Virus record (IMG/VR): IMGVR_UViG_3300010163_000003
Span: 128,001 to 192,000 of that record
DNA: 64,000 nt
Direction: 5' to 3' (one strand)
Origin: a virus
Taxonomy: Duplodnaviria > Caudoviricetes
Part shown: piece after piece, positions 45,372 through 56,400 of the stretch
Layout: every line of letters starts with the position of its first letter
How positions within the stretch are numbered: the stretch's first letter is position 1
Program-made: the position numbers and the translations under genes
The notes under the pieces: generated by a model
Told to the model about the DNA's origin: nothing
Database searches by the model: none
The model's input: only the letters and a program-made list of their open reading frames with translations

Positions 45372-46073
45372 TTACACTATTTCAATATATTTATCAAGTG
45401 GCACATTCTTTACTACTTTTATAGAATCTTTCCCAACAACATTAATAAGTTCTTTTGCTTTTATCATAGCAGATTTTAAAGAAGCATGTATTGAGTACAA
45501 GAACCATACATCATATTCGATACGAGCCATTTTATCATAATAAATATACGGAGCTTGTTTTGGGTTAGCGCCAGATGATGATGGAGCTTGATGTAAGTTA
45601 GCTTGCCCAACTTCTTTAGCGATTCCTGCATACATAAATAACATATCGTATTTAGGATTTGAAAGATTAGTTTCATTGCCAATAATATCAAGATTAGCTA
45701 AATCACGGGCAACTTTAGCCTGTTTTAAAGAAACTTGTTGCGCTGGAGTGGTGGCATACAAATCGTCACCAGGTTCAATAAAACAAATTTCTTCTGACAA
45801 CATATTTTTATTTTTTGCGCTAATAAGAGATTCATATTTAACGCACTTAGTATATATCTCGCTTTCTTCTATACTCAGCTCATATAAACGTTTAATTCCG
45901 TTTGCGACATCTTTTATAATATTTTGATATTTTGTTTTATTTGTATTATAAAATGCTGTTAAATCTTCCATGTCAGACTTGCTAACCCAAGTGACTTTAC
46001 TGGCATTAGTGACGCATTTGTTTATGTTACCATTAAAATAACGACAATAAATATGATATTGAGTTGCTGCCAT
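45372..46073 (-). CDS. Hypothetical virion protein (paralogue of 46084..47202)
   Basis: Shares NPKYDMLFMYAG and the C-terminal SLKSAMIKAKELINVVGKDSIKVVKNVPLD. Start MAATQY follows an AAGGTG RBS. Confidence 0.6.
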   Translation of the reverse strand: MAATQYHIYCRYFNGNINKCVTNASKVTWVSKSDMEDLTAFYNTNKTKYQNIIKDVANGIKRLYELSIEESEIYTKCVKYESLISAKNKNMLSEEICFIEPGDDLYATTPAQQVSLKQAKVARDLANLDIIGNETNLSNPKYDMLFMYAGIAKEVGQANLHQAPSSSGANPKQAPYIYYDKMARIEYDVWFLYSIHASLKSAMIKAKELINVVGKDSIKVVKNVPLDKYIEIV

Positions 46074-46083
46074 TTTAATCACC

Positions 46084-47202
46084 TTACTTTATCTTAATAT
46101 CTTGGTCTAAAGCTACAAGTTTAACTACACGAACATTTTCTAAGCCAATAGCATCAACAAGCAATTTAGCTTTTTCTAAAGCAGCAGCTAAAGAACCAAG
46201 AGTTGTATTAACTATCCAAGGACTGGCTTCAATGCGTTTATACACATCTTTAATGCAATATGGAGAATCACCGGAATCTTCATAGTGTCCAGGGATTTGT
46301 GCAGTCTCAATATCGTCTATAGAATAAGAAACGTTAGAATATATTATATCTTTATTTACGCAAATATTATGCAATTCTGTTGAATAAGAATTTACAGGAT
46401 AAAATTGAAGACCATCTCTGCTACTAGTCCATGGAGAACCAGTAACTTGATACCCTGTTTTAGATGCTACGTAATCTTTATCTTTAACGCCATCAATATA
46501 AATATTACCAGTATATACTGTAAAATATGAAGTTGCAGTTCCATATTCCAACATGTATCCAACAACTCCCCAATGGCAACTCTCATGGCTAGGAACTGTT
46601 CTTAAAGCTCTTTCTGTGCAATAACCTACTTGACTTGCGATACCTTTTGTTGCAAAATCATCCAATGTACGTTCTTCTTTAATTTTAAATATTGTAGATT
46701 GATTAATAAGATCCATCACTTCTGCGCTTGTATATTTCCCATTTGGTAGTGTCCACCGTTTCTTGAGATCAAAATACTTATTTATTTTAGAAGCCTTACA
46801 AACAACTATCCCGCCATCTTCAGGGGTGGCAGCACCTATAGTTACAAAATCTTTAGTATAGTCTCCATTTACGCCTATTTTGCTACGAATACCATACCAA
46901 TTACGCACTACATATCCAAGCTCTTCACCTTGATACTTAGGATGACTTAATTTTTTAGTTCCATCATATACAAAAAGCATATCGTGCTTAGGATTTGTAG
47001 CTTGATGAGCATAAGTAATCATCTGTTGCTGTTTGTCTATTTCTTCATACATTACATTATTATCACTAGAAAATATACGATGATCTGGATCAGTATAAAA
47101 TACGAATGTTGGCTCATAAGTATATGTATCGCTATTAGTTATAGGAATATCCATAGAAGTATTCATTAAACGATACAGTACTTGATATTTGGTCGTTGCC
47201 AT
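46084..47202 (-). CDS. Hypothetical virion protein (paralogue of 45372..46073 with a larger central insert)
   Basis: NPKHDMLFVYDG and SLAAALEKAKLLVDAIGLENVRVVKLVALD; AGGAGG RBS. Confidence 0.6.
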   Translation of the reverse strand: MATTKYQVLYRLMNTSMDIPITNSDTYTYEPTFVFYTDPDHRIFSSDNNVMYEEIDKQQQMITYAHQATNPKHDMLFVYDGTKKLSHPKYQGEELGYVVRNWYGIRSKIGVNGDYTKDFVTIGAATPEDGGIVVCKASKINKYFDLKKRWTLPNGKYTSAEVMDLINQSTIFKIKEERTLDDFATKGIASQVGYCTERALRTVPSHESCHWGVVGYMLEYGTATSYFTVYTGNIYIDGVKDKDYVASKTGYQVTGSPWTSSRDGLQFYPVNSYSTELHNICVNKDIIYSNVSYSIDDIETAQIPGHYEDSGDSPYCIKDVYKRIEASPWIVNTTLGSLAAALEKAKLLVDAIGLENVRVVKLVALDQDIKIK

Positions 47203-47214
47203 ATATCTTCCTCC

Positions 47215-50200
47215 TTATACTTGCTTAATGGTAAGGCGCTTACCTTTCCATTTATGTTCATGATGTAAATTCCAGTACTTGATAAGATGATTGTTAACTT
47301 CGCTAACGCCTATATTGTTTTTTAAAGCTGTTTCATAAGCTCTATGTCCTTCCATATGCAAATTAGCGAAAGCAACTAATTTTTTAGCAATTTCATCTAT
47401 TGGCTTGTTGCCAGCTCTTAATTTAGGATCAAAATCTATTTTTAAATCTTTGAAAGATTGATTCTCTATTCTTATATTGCCTATATAAAATTCATTGTCT
47501 TTATTGTCAATGGCTTTACGCTCTATGCGAAATATATTTGTATCTCCTGTAAACGGAATTTGATATGTTATACAATTATGACTTCCCGTATGAGTACCTA
47601 ACAGTCTACCATTTAAATAAATGTAAGTAGACCCAATCCAGTTAATTACTGAAAAAGATATAGCTGTTTTTTTATTATTGTTAATCATAATTTCTATATA
47701 AGCATCAGAAACATTAGTATATGCTGGATTGTTACGATAACATAATAATTTAGAATCGGTTATCATACTATCATTTTTATTGCTAACTGGATTATATTCT
47801 CTTAAGTCACTAGGGATATTGCATATACCAGTAGAAAAATCTGATTTCAATGCATCATACTCAAATGATATAATATACTGAGAATTGTTTATAATAGCAG
47901 CTTCTCCATACCATCTTATCAATCTTAATACACGGTATGCTTGCTCTAATTTTTCTAATGGGAAATAATCATGTATCCATTCATACATATAGTCAAGCAT
48001 CTTATTTACAGATTGTTGCATTGTCATAGTAGCGAAATCAAACATCTTGACTTCCCATATACGATAATAACGTAAAAACATTACATGTATTATACTTGTT
48101 TCTATGCCCCAATAGTTTTGCCATCTAACTGCCGAATCATCATATACTTTACCAAGATTTTCATAATCTATAAAAGGGAAATCAGGATTGTAAGTTTTAT
48201 GACTAGGAGAAGGATGTCTTATAGGGTATTTAGCAATCCATACATTTTCGCTTACTTCCCTTACAGGATTACGAGGACGTAATTGTTCTCTATCGAAAAT
48301 AAGCTCTTCAAAATTCTCATATTTAGTATCTATTTCAGGAAGAAGTAATTCATCAATACCAAACGTATCTCCTTCAAATGGATCTGGAGATTCATATACC
48401 CATGCCCATTTTCCTAAATCGCTTTTTGGCAGCATAACCTCTTTTTTAATAGCATCTAGTCTAGCTAAATCATTTGCGAGTTGCGATTCATACATGACCC
48501 TAGTTGGGAATATATGATATTCGTACCATGCTTCTAAATTTAATCTAGTTTGAAGAGTTACATTAGGCATTAGAAAAGCTTCTTTATTTATAACAACACC
48601 TTTAAATTGAGAATCATAAATACTAGTATTGGTATCTACATTACGCTCAACCCACTCTCCATAAGTATAATAACATAAATACGGCAATTTATCTACCCAA
48701 AAATCATCAAATATAGAAACCTGTAAAATTTTTTCATGTCCAAATGGAATAGTTTCTTCAATCATTAATTTATGATGAGATTTCGTCAATCCAATAAAAT
48801 TATTTTCTTGGATAAATGCTTGATAAGAAGACTTATTTGCTCCAATAGAATTATTTTCTTGAATGAATGCTTCATGATTTAATTTGTATATGCCCAATAA
48901 ATTATTATTTGATATAATTTTATGCTGTTCTTTAATTAATCCAATAATACCATTACCTACAATGGCATTACGCACTAAAGATTTAGTCAAAAATCCATTG
49001 TTGTAATCAATAAAGGCATTATATGGTTCTTTATCCAAATCAAATGATTCATTAAGCATGGCTGGCTTTTTAGATAATACACTTCCAATTAATTCACTGG
49101 ACAGTAATGATTGATGAGCTTTCTTGACACAAAATTCATCAATATAATCAATAAGTGCTTCTTTGCGTATTTTTGATACAGGAACAATAAATCCACCAAT
49201 ATCTTCCCATATTGGACCTTTATTAAAATGTTGCACAATAAGATGCTTAGCTATTTTAACACCAGTGTTCATGTTATTGACAAGAGACATGTCATGTTGA
49301 AGTTTGATACCACGAACGTCATGATTTTGAACATAAATATCGTGCGGCAAATGGATAACTTGATAGCTAGAATGTATAGATAAATTATGAAAATGATATG
49401 CATCTAATATATCTGGCATCATGATATGCAATGGTTTATATTTACCGCCATTAAGTTCATATAAATTTAAATTTAAATCATGTGGAATTTTATCACCACT
49501 AAATTCATGGGTGTTCAAATATAAATCATGGGGAATTTTGTTGCCATTAAGTTCATATAAATTTAAATTTAAATCATGTGCATCCTTGGTTATTCCTATT
49601 AATGAATCATCTAAAGTTACGCTTTTATAATAAGTTAATCCAATTTGTGTATCTTGCCAAAAACTTATATCTTTTTTATTTTTGTCTAATGTCCATTCTA
49701 ATATAGTAATCAAATCCATTGTTTTGGATACTATAGTTCCAACAAGTTTATCGCTAACAGTAAAATCCTTTTTATTTATATCGACATTAATTAAATTGAA
49801 ATCAAATAAATCAAGATATTTAGCATTTAAAGTTGGATATATAACACGTAAATCTATAATTTGCAAATTTTTAGAACTTACGCTAGGCATTATAGTTTTA
49901 ATATCTATAATACTTAACAACTTATTTGCATCAGAGCTTAAGAAAAATATATTGGGAGTTATTGTATCTTTTGGCTTTACATTTAAACTAACATATCCTA
50001 TGTCCACAGTTCCAGGACAAAGTTTTCGTATCATCATACTAAACTTATTATATTCTATCATAAGATGCTTTAAGATTTGATTTAAAAAGGCATTTGAATG
50101 ATCGAATATATCCCAATGCTTATTTTTCTTATCTAAAGGATATATCTGATAATAAGAAGTTGCACCTGTATTGTTAGTATTTTTACAAAGAAATATTCCC

Positions 50201-51774
50201 TGTGTTGTTCTTATCTCTTCAATTGACGTTTTAGTGTCAAAAATATTGTCATCTTTACTTACGTCTTTATTTTTAGCATAAAGTGATCGACATTGATTAG
50301 TTATTGTTTTGTAAATATTTTTATATAATTGTACATAAGGAAATTCTACTGGAATTTTATTTGTAACTGTCATGGAATACAAGCTAAACAAGTTACATAT
50401 ATTAATATTCTCATAATATCTCTCAATAGGATACTCAATTATATGTTTGCTAGGAAGAGATATACGATATAACTGATATACATTAGCTACATAATCTTTT
50501 TTTAACATAGGTAATTTACAGAACATATTGCAAATATTATCGCTAGAAATAATATTTATGAACATATTATCGTTAGCTATCATATCTTGATGTAAAAATT
50601 CCTGCATAGTATTTAAAGATACAGTTTTATCAGATTGAAATATCGAATGCATGTTATTAATATAGGTTATATACTTATTTTTTAAAGCATTAATATTTTC
50701 GTAAATATTAAGAAATAAAGTGCTATATATATTTGCAATAGTTATATTGTTGTATATTTTAAGATAATTTTCATTAGGAGTAACTATAACTTCGTCAAAT
50801 TTTGAAGATTTAGTATCGACACTACATAAATCATTTGAAAGAAAATAATATGCCTCATCATTATTTATGGCCTTAGCTATACAGTCTTTTATGTCAAAAG
50901 CTTCATCAACACGTAAAGCAGACATGTCTAAATCAGTGAAAGATTTTTTAAATATATATGGATATGCTAAAAAAATAGCATTAGTAACAAATATTCTATT
51001 GAACCTAAATGACATTAATTCATTTGTTGTATATGATAATTTATTATTGTTAACCCTAAAAGATAGTAATTCATGTGAAATTAAATAATGTAAGCGATCA
51101 TATCTACATGAAAATATGTCACTATATAAAAACATTTGGTCATCTCTAGCCAAAAACAAACTATTGAATAAAAAACCATTATCACTATTATCTTTAAATA
51201 ATGATTCTTCGTTTCTATCTATAAATAACTTATTATATTTACTTAAAAGTTGTTCTTTTGTTATAGTATCTATATGCCATTTTATATCGTATCTATATGT
51301 CATTATACCATCAAAATAGAATGATTCAAAATTTTTGTATGTACTAATTTCATGTTTATAATATTTACTGCAATTATTATCATTTATCCTATCTAAATAT
51401 AATTGCCAAATATCAATTAATATATGATGAGAAGATTTAAATATATCAATATATACATTATATGATATAGGTTTTTTATGTTTATTAATGTTATAAGAAT
51501 CATGTGCATTAATTTTTTTAACTTTATCTATATAAATATTGTTATCATGCTTTATTGTATCATATGATACCTTATCCACAAATAAATCATATATGTAAGC
51601 TCCTGCTGCCACCTTAGTGATAGCAACAGGAGCATTAAACATATCAAGGTCAAAGGGGGCAGTATTTCTTTGATAACTTAATGAATATCTTTTTATATTT
51701 TTTGAATCATATTGGAACATGTGTGTAATTTGAACATGATAATAATTTTGATATTCAAAAGACAATACTCCCAT
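47215..51774 (-). CDS. Large repetitive virion protein (1519 aa) with a 15-17-aa periodic N-terminal/central region and a globular C-terminus
   Basis: Long uninterrupted ORF with RBS; HDLNLNLYELNG and AFIQENN repeats; very AT-rich N-terminal two thirds. Confidence 0.6.
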   Translation of the reverse strand: MGVLSFEYQNYYHVQITHMFQYDSKNIKRYSLSYQRNTAPFDLDMFNAPVAITKVAAGAYIYDLFVDKVSYDTIKHDNNIYIDKVKKINAHDSYNINKHKKPISYNVYIDIFKSSHHILIDIWQLYLDRINDNNCSKYYKHEISTYKNFESFYFDGIMTYRYDIKWHIDTITKEQLLSKYNKLFIDRNEESLFKDNSDNGFLFNSLFLARDDQMFLYSDIFSCRYDRLHYLISHELLSFRVNNNKLSYTTNELMSFRFNRIFVTNAIFLAYPYIFKKSFTDLDMSALRVDEAFDIKDCIAKAINNDEAYYFLSNDLCSVDTKSSKFDEVIVTPNENYLKIYNNITIANIYSTLFLNIYENINALKNKYITYINNMHSIFQSDKTVSLNTMQEFLHQDMIANDNMFINIISSDNICNMFCKLPMLKKDYVANVYQLYRISLPSKHIIEYPIERYYENINICNLFSLYSMTVTNKIPVEFPYVQLYKNIYKTITNQCRSLYAKNKDVSKDDNIFDTKTSIEEIRTTQGIFLCKNTNNTGATSYYQIYPLDKKNKHWDIFDHSNAFLNQILKHLMIEYNKFSMMIRKLCPGTVDIGYVSLNVKPKDTITPNIFFLSSDANKLLSIIDIKTIMPSVSSKNLQIIDLRVIYPTLNAKYLDLFDFNLINVDINKKDFTVSDKLVGTIVSKTMDLITILEWTLDKNKKDISFWQDTQIGLTYYKSVTLDDSLIGITKDAHDLNLNLYELNGNKIPHDLYLNTHEFSGDKIPHDLNLNLYELNGGKYKPLHIMMPDILDAYHFHNLSIHSSYQVIHLPHDIYVQNHDVRGIKLQHDMSLVNNMNTGVKIAKHLIVQHFNKGPIWEDIGGFIVPVSKIRKEALIDYIDEFCVKKAHQSLLSSELIGSVLSKKPAMLNESFDLDKEPYNAFIDYNNGFLTKSLVRNAIVGNGIIGLIKEQHKIISNNNLLGIYKLNHEAFIQENNSIGANKSSYQAFIQENNFIGLTKSHHKLMIEETIPFGHEKILQVSIFDDFWVDKLPYLCYYTYGEWVERNVDTNTSIYDSQFKGVVINKEAFLMPNVTLQTRLNLEAWYEYHIFPTRVMYESQLANDLARLDAIKKEVMLPKSDLGKWAWVYESPDPFEGDTFGIDELLLPEIDTKYENFEELIFDREQLRPRNPVREVSENVWIAKYPIRHPSPSHKTYNPDFPFIDYENLGKVYDDSAVRWQNYWGIETSIIHVMFLRYYRIWEVKMFDFATMTMQQSVNKMLDYMYEWIHDYFPLEKLEQAYRVLRLIRWYGEAAIINNSQYIISFEYDALKSDFSTGICNIPSDLREYNPVSNKNDSMITDSKLLCYRNNPAYTNVSDAYIEIMINNNKKTAISFSVINWIGSTYIYLNGRLLGTHTGSHNCITYQIPFTGDTNIFRIERKAIDNKDNEFYIGNIRIENQSFKDLKIDFDPKLRAGNKPIDEIAKKLVAFANLHMEGHRAYETALKNNIGVSEVNNHLIKYWNLHHEHKWKGKRLTIKQV
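49447..49580. repeat. 38-bp perfect direct repeat at 96-bp spacing within 48-bp (16-aa) tandem units
   Basis: gccattaagttcatataaatttaaatttaaatcatgtg at 49447 and 49543. Confidence 0.85.
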
Positions 51775-51788
51775 ACTTTATACCTTCT

Positions 51789-53411
51789 TTACTTAGCTTC
51801 AAATAGACAATAACAATTGGTAGCAGCATCATCTTTAGAGCTACATGGGAATGTAAACTGAATCCTAGAGCCAAACCTAAATTTCCTTCTAGCAGGATCT
51901 ACACCAGCAGCATACATACGACTATAATACATATGAAATTCGTCAAATGCTTCTTCACGACTAGATGTTATGTCATACGTATCTTTTACAAAGATTGTAT
52001 TGGCACTTTCAGCAGTATTTAGCTCTCCAACAGACTCATATGGAATATCATTATTAGTAGAATCAGGTTCTAATTCAAACAATGAATTTTGAATAGTGCC
52101 ACTATTTACTAACATACCTGAATCAATATATAATGCTGGTATTGCCACTTTAGAAAGCATATAAGAACTATACATTCTAAATGTAATATATTCTACAATA
52201 GAAGACTGATCTGTTATTGAATTTGGTACGCCGCTATTGCTCTTGCTAAAATCGTATGGAGATTGTGTATCAATATATTTATTATCGGGTGTTTCAGTAT
52301 ATATTTTCATTTGCTTAACAAATTCATCAAGTACTTCTGTACGGCTTAAGTCACTACTTAATGTAGCGCATTTAAGCTCAATAGTTTTAGTTAAATCGCT
52401 ACCTTCAAGAGAAAATGTTGCAGTAAGTGTAATTCCGCCCATAGCAATTGTCCTGCCTATTAATGCATCACCTAAAAGCCAGCATGTTCCAACAGATTTA
52501 TACGTATCTAATAGTTTACATGCTTTGCTATAGTCAGGGGTAAATACGTCACCAGACCTAATATTTTTGGAAGTATTCGTTTCCAATGCTATACGTGATT
52601 CAACTCCGAAAGTGCTTACTTCTTTAGTGTAATCTCTAGTATAGAATTTATTGATATTCTTAATTTCACTTTGCATGTCATCTTTAATTTCCCATGTAAC
52701 TTGAACTGGTTTAGCCGAAATAGCTTTAATGTCTTCACCATATACTTCAGAAATTAAATTAAGAGGAGCATGTATTTGCATGTTTCCAAATTCTTTACTT
52801 GTGCCATATGTAGCTTTATTAAATCCAGCATTGACGGTACTAATGCCAGTACGACCATTAACTTTATAAATTCGACTCCACAAAGCTTCTGCATTAATTG
52901 GAGTTGCAAGATTAAGAACCTCTTCAGCAGTTGCACTTTTAATCGTAACATCTAATGTCTTTTTTACGTATTCATCGCCATAACTAGCATTAATTTCGAC
53001 TTTTCCAGACACATTTTCATCGCTAGTTCCAGATATACCGTATTTAGGTCTGCTTATAATCTTTCCCTCTGGATTTAAATAATCAGATAAAGGAGCTTGC
53101 CCTTCAAGATCGATAATTGTATATTTAAGCTTTACTTCTGCAATTTCTGGATAAGAATCAAGATTCGTATCAAAACCCTTATCAGGAAAAGCCATATCTT
53201 CTGTAAGTTCAGATATATTGTTCTTTTCGATTAGATTCTTTGAATTTTCACATGCTATACGACAAAGCTCAAATGCACTTTTTGCTCTTTTTTTAACAAG
53301 TACAGGAAAGTCTTTTTGACCATAAGACTTTCCAGAAGGAGAAACTATTCTTGCCCTTAATATACAGCCAGAATCTTTCTCTTTTTGTGTTACTAAGCCT
53401 ACAAAAGCCAT
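51789..53411 (-). CDS. Virion protein with Ig-like (atrophied bacterial Ig-type) repeats
   Basis: EGKIISRPKYG...VEINASYG..VKKTLDVTIK and ITLTATFSLEG..TKTIELK patterns; AGGAGG RBS. Confidence 0.5.
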   Translation of the reverse strand: MAFVGLVTQKEKDSGCILRARIVSPSGKSYGQKDFPVLVKKRAKSAFELCRIACENSKNLIEKNNISELTEDMAFPDKGFDTNLDSYPEIAEVKLKYTIIDLEGQAPLSDYLNPEGKIISRPKYGISGTSDENVSGKVEINASYGDEYVKKTLDVTIKSATAEEVLNLATPINAEALWSRIYKVNGRTGISTVNAGFNKATYGTSKEFGNMQIHAPLNLISEVYGEDIKAISAKPVQVTWEIKDDMQSEIKNINKFYTRDYTKEVSTFGVESRIALETNTSKNIRSGDVFTPDYSKACKLLDTYKSVGTCWLLGDALIGRTIAMGGITLTATFSLEGSDLTKTIELKCATLSSDLSRTEVLDEFVKQMKIYTETPDNKYIDTQSPYDFSKSNSGVPNSITDQSSIVEYITFRMYSSYMLSKVAIPALYIDSGMLVNSGTIQNSLFELEPDSTNNDIPYESVGELNTAESANTIFVKDTYDITSSREEAFDEFHMYYSRMYAAGVDPARRKFRFGSRIQFTFPCSSKDDAATNCYCLFEAK

Positions 53412-53429
53412 ATATAATCCTCCTTTTTC

Positions 53430-53458
53430 GCACCCTCCATCTGTTAAATGGAGGGTGC
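53430..53458 (-). promoter_or_regulatory. Intercistronic GC-rich stem-loop (possible terminator or mRNA stabiliser)
   Basis: 11-bp stem gcaccctccat/atggagggtgc with a 7-nt loop, between the 1199-aa stop and the RBS of the 540-aa gene; no U-tract on the minus strand. Confidence 0.55.
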
Positions 53459-53467
53459 ATTATTATA

Positions 53468-56400
53468 TTACGGCGTAGTCACGGGTTCAAATATTACATT
53501 CATTCTTTTGTTTCTATCAAGAGATACATCAATACCTTGCATAGTTACGCCTTCTCCTACTGTAATGTTAGACAATGTAGTAATTTCATCAATTTCAATA
53601 CCAGTATCAGAATCTACAATGGTAGCCTTTTTAAATGCGTATCCGCTATCTGCTAAAATACCAACATGAGCTGTAGAATCATATGGCAATATAGCGTTTA
53701 TATAAGTATTATGACCATCAACTTTATTCAACGAATACGTACCCTTACCGCCTTCTGTAGTAATACTGAACGTACAAGGATAACGCAATAATGCATTTTT
53801 AGATTCTGTAGTATTTGCTTTATTTAATGGAATACAGGCATATTGTAAAATAGAATAAGTAGGTACAGTAGCTTCAGAAGCAGGCATATCTGCTGTTGCA
53901 GGAATAACAGGTATCTGAGTATAGTCAATATCATACAAAATAAGGTATTTGTCTGGATGTGCTCCAACAAGTCTTATTGGCGTATCAGGATCTAATGGGG
54001 CGTTAAGTTCGCCAATAACGCTTACAAATGGCATATCTTCAATATTATATTCAAATGTTACACTATTATCATGCATAGAACCATCTTTGGCCTTTAAGCC
54101 GTCATTAATACATGCTTTAATTTTAGCGTTACGGCCTATTGATGGAATTTCAGTATCAGATATTCCATATGCGAATGTTTGATCTGATGGCCCATCTGTA
54201 ATAATATTAAATCCAGCAAGTCTTATATAACAAGCGTCTGTGCTGCTTGGATAGTCGCTTTCAGACTCTTCTTTGGACATTGGTGTAACAATTATTCCTT
54301 CTACTGGAGTTATAGTATCAAGAACTTCTTCGCCGTCTACTTCTATGAAACTACCTTGATATTCTTTAGTGTTCTTTACGGCAAGACGTAATGGAGTTTC
54401 ATCATCTGGACGTTTGTTTGTTTTTACATCATACCATACTGAGCCAGACTTCAGTTCCCAGTTTACAGTACAACCATTTGCCGTAACATTAAGTAACTTA
54501 TCTGGGCCAATGTCTTTAGTTACTGGCACAAAGTTAGCAGCAATAGTATCAAGTTGCTGACCAGCAATCTGAAGAATCTTATTTTCATCGGTATAAACAG
54601 GTTCACGCTCTTCTTTTTTTATAGCAAATCCATAAAGAGAGTTAGGCGAATCACTTAATGGGCTGTAAGGAGCTGTAATTGGGAAGTATACGAATGTTTC
54701 TTCATATTGTTCGTCATCTTTTTCAAAGTCTTTATTAATGACAAGTTCATCCATGGCATACAAAGAGTTACTATCTATTACAAGCAAATCGCTTAAAATA
54801 CCACGAGGACCATCATTACTGTGTGTTACTTTAATGCGGTCAGCATAATATTCTCCAGTATAACTAGATTTGCCATACATGACCTTGCTCATATACTCTT
54901 CTGTGGTAGCATACAGCATATGATGCTTCTGATAATATGCTTTAGACCGCGTGTGATACATAGAAATAGATGTTACACCATCAGAAGTATTTACACCATA
55001 ATCTTTTACTTTTTCAACATTAACAATGTTGCCAAATACATCACGCACAACGCCACTATTCAATACATATTTTTCTTTATAATATCCAAAAGTAACATAA
55101 ATAGTATATGTACTATCACAATATGCATATTTAGTGTCAATAGTAAGCTCTAATAAATCAGATTTTCCACTAGCAATAACGAAATTACGTTTAAATGCTG
55201 CCAAACAAGGGCTAATTGGCATTCCTTGTTCATTAACAATAACATAGCGTGGCCATTCTGTACGATCAAAATATGTTTTGTCGGACAACTGAATGTAATA
55301 CACTTGAGCAGTGCCAGTTTGAGCAGGAACACATGGAGAATGCCATGGGCATGATTTTTTAAACTGTTCTAACTTACTAGTATCATAATTATTATTTTTA
55401 AGCATATCCTCAGTAAGTTCATAATGAATAAGAGGATATGGACTTTCTTCCATAGTAAGAGTGGTATCACATGGTTCAGTACTGGAAGAAGTAAATAATG
55501 CAAAGTTACCGGCAGTATCATTTATGAAACCAGAATCATCTTTTTTGGGTCTTTCAAAAGAATCTATTCTGCCACAATAACACGCAGAAATTAAATGACG
55601 ATCACGCTCATAATCCATGGATGGGTTGCCCATAACGATTAACGAAAATCTATCATTATTAGTATTAATCCAATAACGAATCTTAGTATCTGCATTAAGT
55701 CCAACGGTTTCAAGAGGAACATATAGAGTACCATCATGAATGTTATTAGTAGCAATATCAGAATCGATTGTATCAACCATTACTTCTTCAAAGTCTTGAT
55801 ACCAAGAAAGTTTAGACCATGGAGAAATATGAGAATTAATCTTTATTACTTCACCATTAGAGTTATACACGTTTTCTTTAGGGCCAGTATGTTCATCATT
55901 TATATGGTCAAACATACGCATTAAAACGTAGTGGTTATTTAATAAAGTAGTCCTATCAAAAATAGTATCATCAGAAGAATGTTCGTAATTATAACGAATT
56001 ACTAACACGCCATCGGTACTAGCCTCAAATACGATTTCCTTATCAAAGTAAATTGTATTACCGTCTGTATGAAAAGAATCACTACTAATAGGAATATAGA
56101 TACCATCTAATGAAAGTTCAGGAATCAAACGATCCAATGGTTTATGGGCAACATTATAGCTACTACCTTGAGGTATTGTATAAATTGTAAGACTCTTTAC
56201 GCTTTCAAAAATCATCGTATATACATTAGCTTCACGCATAATTTCTACTCGTACAGAGTTTAATGCTGTATATTCTTTAGGTTCTATGCCTTCAGAATTT
56301 ATATAATTCAGTAATAAATTATATAAATCAGAATCATTTTGTTTAATCTTAGTTAAGTATGCTGAATTAATTTCAAAATTGGTCGAAGTACCACTTTGTG

